Shown piece by piece: positions 61,700 through 64,000 of a stretch of 64,000 nucleotides of DNA. The stretch is taken from assembly GCA_030390025.1 (NCBI GenBank), contig CM059431.1, positions 149,112,001 through 149,176,000 of the forward strand, written 5' to 3'. The stretch comes from Squalus acanthias (Eukaryota). Made by a program: the position numbers and the translations under genes. Positions within the stretch are counted from its first letter, which is position 1, and each line of letters opens with the position of its first letter. The notes beneath the pieces were generated by a model. That model worked only from the letters and a program-made list of their open reading frames with translations. It was not told where the DNA came from and did no database searches.

Positions 61700-62372
61700 A
61701 TCCCACTTTATACCCAGTGTCAGCATCGAGTGCTCCCAGGGCAGGTACAGCACGGGTAACATACAGGATAGACCTCCCTCTACATTACCCATGAAAGTGT
61801 GTCCCCCTCTTTATACCCAGTGTCAGCATCGAGCGCTCCCAGGGCAGGTACAGCACGTGTTAGGTACAGTGTAGAGCTCCCTCCACATCACCCTGACAGT
61901 GTTTCCCAACTTTTTCCCCAGTGTCAGCATCGAGCTCTCCCGGGGCAGGTACAACACACGTTAGATACAGTGTAGAGCTCTCTCTACATTTCCCTCACAG
62001 TGTGTCCCACACTTTGTACCCAGTGTCAGCATCGAGCGCTCCGAGGGCAGATACAGCACGGGTTAGATACAGTGTAGAGCTCCATCTACATCACCCTGAC
62101 AGTGTGCCCCCCACTTTATACCCAGTGTCAGCATCGAGCGATCCCAGGGCAGATACAGCCCTCTTAGATACAGTGCAGAGCTACCTCTACATTACCCCAG
62201 ACAGAGTGTCTCCCACTTTATACCCAGTTTCAGCTTTGTGCGCCCCCAGGACAGGTACAGCACGGGTTAGATGCAGTGTAGAGCTCCCTCTACTTTACCC
62301 TGACAGTGTTTCCCCACCTTATACCCAGTGGCATCATCGAGCACTCCCAGGGCAGGTAGAGCAGGGGTTATC
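61700..62372. repeat. ~101-bp minisatellite, second block
   Basis: Same unit as 59355-60510. Confidence 0.9.
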
Positions 62373-62495
62373 AACACACCCTCCGGGTCGGGAGTTGAAC
62401 TCAGCTCCCAGAGGGTGAAAGCTCAGAGTCTGACCCCCTGCCCTCACTCCAGTCCCCAAGGAATAAAACGTAAGTTGCGGTCAGTTGGTTTTTTT

Positions 62496-62700
62496 TTAGG
62501 GCTTCCGGAAGAATCTGAGCACGAGGTAGCAGGCGAGACGAAAGGCCACCATAAATAGGAGGAGAATGACGACGTTGGCCCAGATCGGGAGGGTGACGTT
62601 AAAATAGGCCAAGATCTCGTCCCTGGGGATGTAGGTAGAGCTGTTGGTTGTGTTTCTGTCCATATTGCAGTGTCGATAGGCTGAGTTCCCCGCTTTACAT
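62496..62700 (-). pseudogene. ABCG half-transporter terminal coding exon
   Basis: Acceptor ttttgcag|A; reads CKAGNSAYRHC...EILAYFNVTLPIWANVVILLLFMVAFRLACYLVLRFFRKP*; phase 2 joins the upstream exon. Confidence 0.85.
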
Positions 62701-62729
62701 CTGCAAAACAGAAAATTAATAAATCATTT

Positions 62730-63200
62730 AGGGATGGTCCCTAACTATCCATCAGGCACATGGGGATGAGGGAGATGATTGAGGAGAGAGTGCGTTTAGG
62801 AACAGTCAATAACTATCCAGGTAAATGGGGTGGGAGGAGGGAGGAATCTGATTGAGGAGAGGTCGTGTGTGAGTTTAGGGACGGTACCAGATAGCCATCA
62901 GACACAAGGCTGAGGGAGTGTGTGTTTAGGGACGGTTCCTATCTATTCAGGTACACGGGTGAGGGATGTGACTGAGGAGAGTGTGTGAGAGTTTAGAGAC
63001 GGTCATGTGTAAGGGAGCTGAGAGAGGAGAGTGTGTGTTTCGGGTCAGTCCCTAACAATCAGGTACATGTGGAAGGCAGCTGAATGAGGAGAGTGTGTGT
63101 TTAGGGACAGTCACTAACTATGAGGAATATGTGTATGGGAGCTGATTAAGGAGAGTGTGTGTGTTTAGGGACGGTCACTAACTATCCATCAAGGACAGAG
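62730..63200. repeat. Intronic degenerate ~55-65-bp tandem (GAGGAGAGTGTGTGTTTAGGGACGGTCACTAACTATCC...)
   Basis: About 7 degenerate copies between the ABCG exons. Confidence 0.75.
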
Positions 63201-63218
63201 AAGGAGCGTGGTACTAAC

Positions 63219-63427
63219 AGAATGGAGTGATCATCGGAGAACTCCACACTCAGCATGACGCGGAACTGTTAGATCACAAAGGCCAGATATCGAGCCCAGG
63301 TGACCCAGGCTGGCAACTTCTGGATGTCGAACCCGCCCAGCAGGAGAGACGTCAGCATGAAGATAGAGGCGAAGATGATGGACTGGTCAATCCTGAGGAA
63401 GTCAGCGCTGGTAAACAAACCGATGGA
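63219..63427 (-). pseudogene. ABCG half-transporter penultimate exon (ABC2 membrane domain) with an in-frame stop
   Basis: Acceptor tcttag|TCC; SIGLFTSA...IFMLTSLLLGGFDIQKLPAWVTWARYLAFVI*QFRVMLSVEF; donor CT|GTTAGT; TAA at 63269-63271. Confidence 0.85.
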
Positions 63428-63559
63428 CTAAGAGAAAGAGAAAGAGAGAGAGGAGGAGGTGCTGTGGAATGATAATTGTCCGTCTACAGGTAAAATCCAC
63501 CCACCGAAATGGACTTGTTGCTCCCTCTCCCACCACCCACCCACACCTTACCGCTACCG

Positions 63560-64000
63560 TAGCAGTCACTGGGATTCACTCTACCATCGGATTCAAAATT
63601 TCGTGTTTCGAGCCCACAATCCTAGGCCTACACTGCCCCTGGATGCAAGTGCTGAGGGAGCGCTACACTATCGGAGGGGCATAACTGATGGAGCGCTGCA
63701 CTGTCGGAGGGGCAGTACTGAGGGAGCGCTGCACTGTCAGAGGGTCAGTACTGAGGGAGCGCAGCACTGTCAGAGGGTCAGTACTGAGGGAGCGTTGCAC
63801 TGTCAGAGGGGCAGTACTGAGGGAGCACTGTAATATCAGAGGTTCAGTTCGGAGGGAGCGCTGCACTGTCGGAGGGGCAGTACTGAGTTAGTCCAGCACT
63901 GTCAGACGGGCAGTACTGAGGGAGCGTTGCACTGTTGATGGAGCAGTAATGAGGGAGCACTCCAGTGTCGGGGAGCAGTAATGAGGGAGTACTGCAGTGT
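63560..64000 (+). repeat. SacSINE1-like head followed by an expanded 33-bp tandem (GTACTGAGGGAGCGCTGCACTGTCGGAGGGGCA)
   Basis: About 10 tandem units, running to the window end. Confidence 0.85.

Noticed and set aside
61921..62418. 165-aa ORF with internal repeats
   Set aside because: Translation of the 101-bp minisatellite.
63227..63472. 81-aa plus-strand ORF
   Set aside because: Antisense shadow of the ABCG exon.

Overview
Repeat-dense vertebrate genomic DNA, almost certainly from a cartilaginous fish (HE1/V-SINE, SacSINE1-like DeuSINEs, shark-type CR1, Penelope and minisatellite families). The most notable element is an 8.6-kb endogenous foamy-virus-like provirus on the minus strand (49043-57640). 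It has two ~1.3-kb LTRs, a 4-bp TCTC target-site duplication, a tRNA-Lys1,2-type PBS, and degenerate but clearly spumaviral gag and pol. It has no env or accessory genes, and gag and pol appear in frame across a TGA. A young, nearly intact Mag-type Gypsy LTR retrotransposon (15383-19863) lacks a tRNA PBS and instead has an 11-bp fold-back suggesting self-priming. Host genes: a GPR139/142-like GPCR with an intact exon 2 but a damaged, duplicated exon 1, and the last two exons of an ABCG half-transporter with an in-frame stop. The rest is CR1, L2, RTE, Penelope and Harbinger remnants plus many minisatellites, including a 33-bp array spread over ~23 kb that has received many insertions. All family assignments come from motif recognition by eye; no database searches were run.
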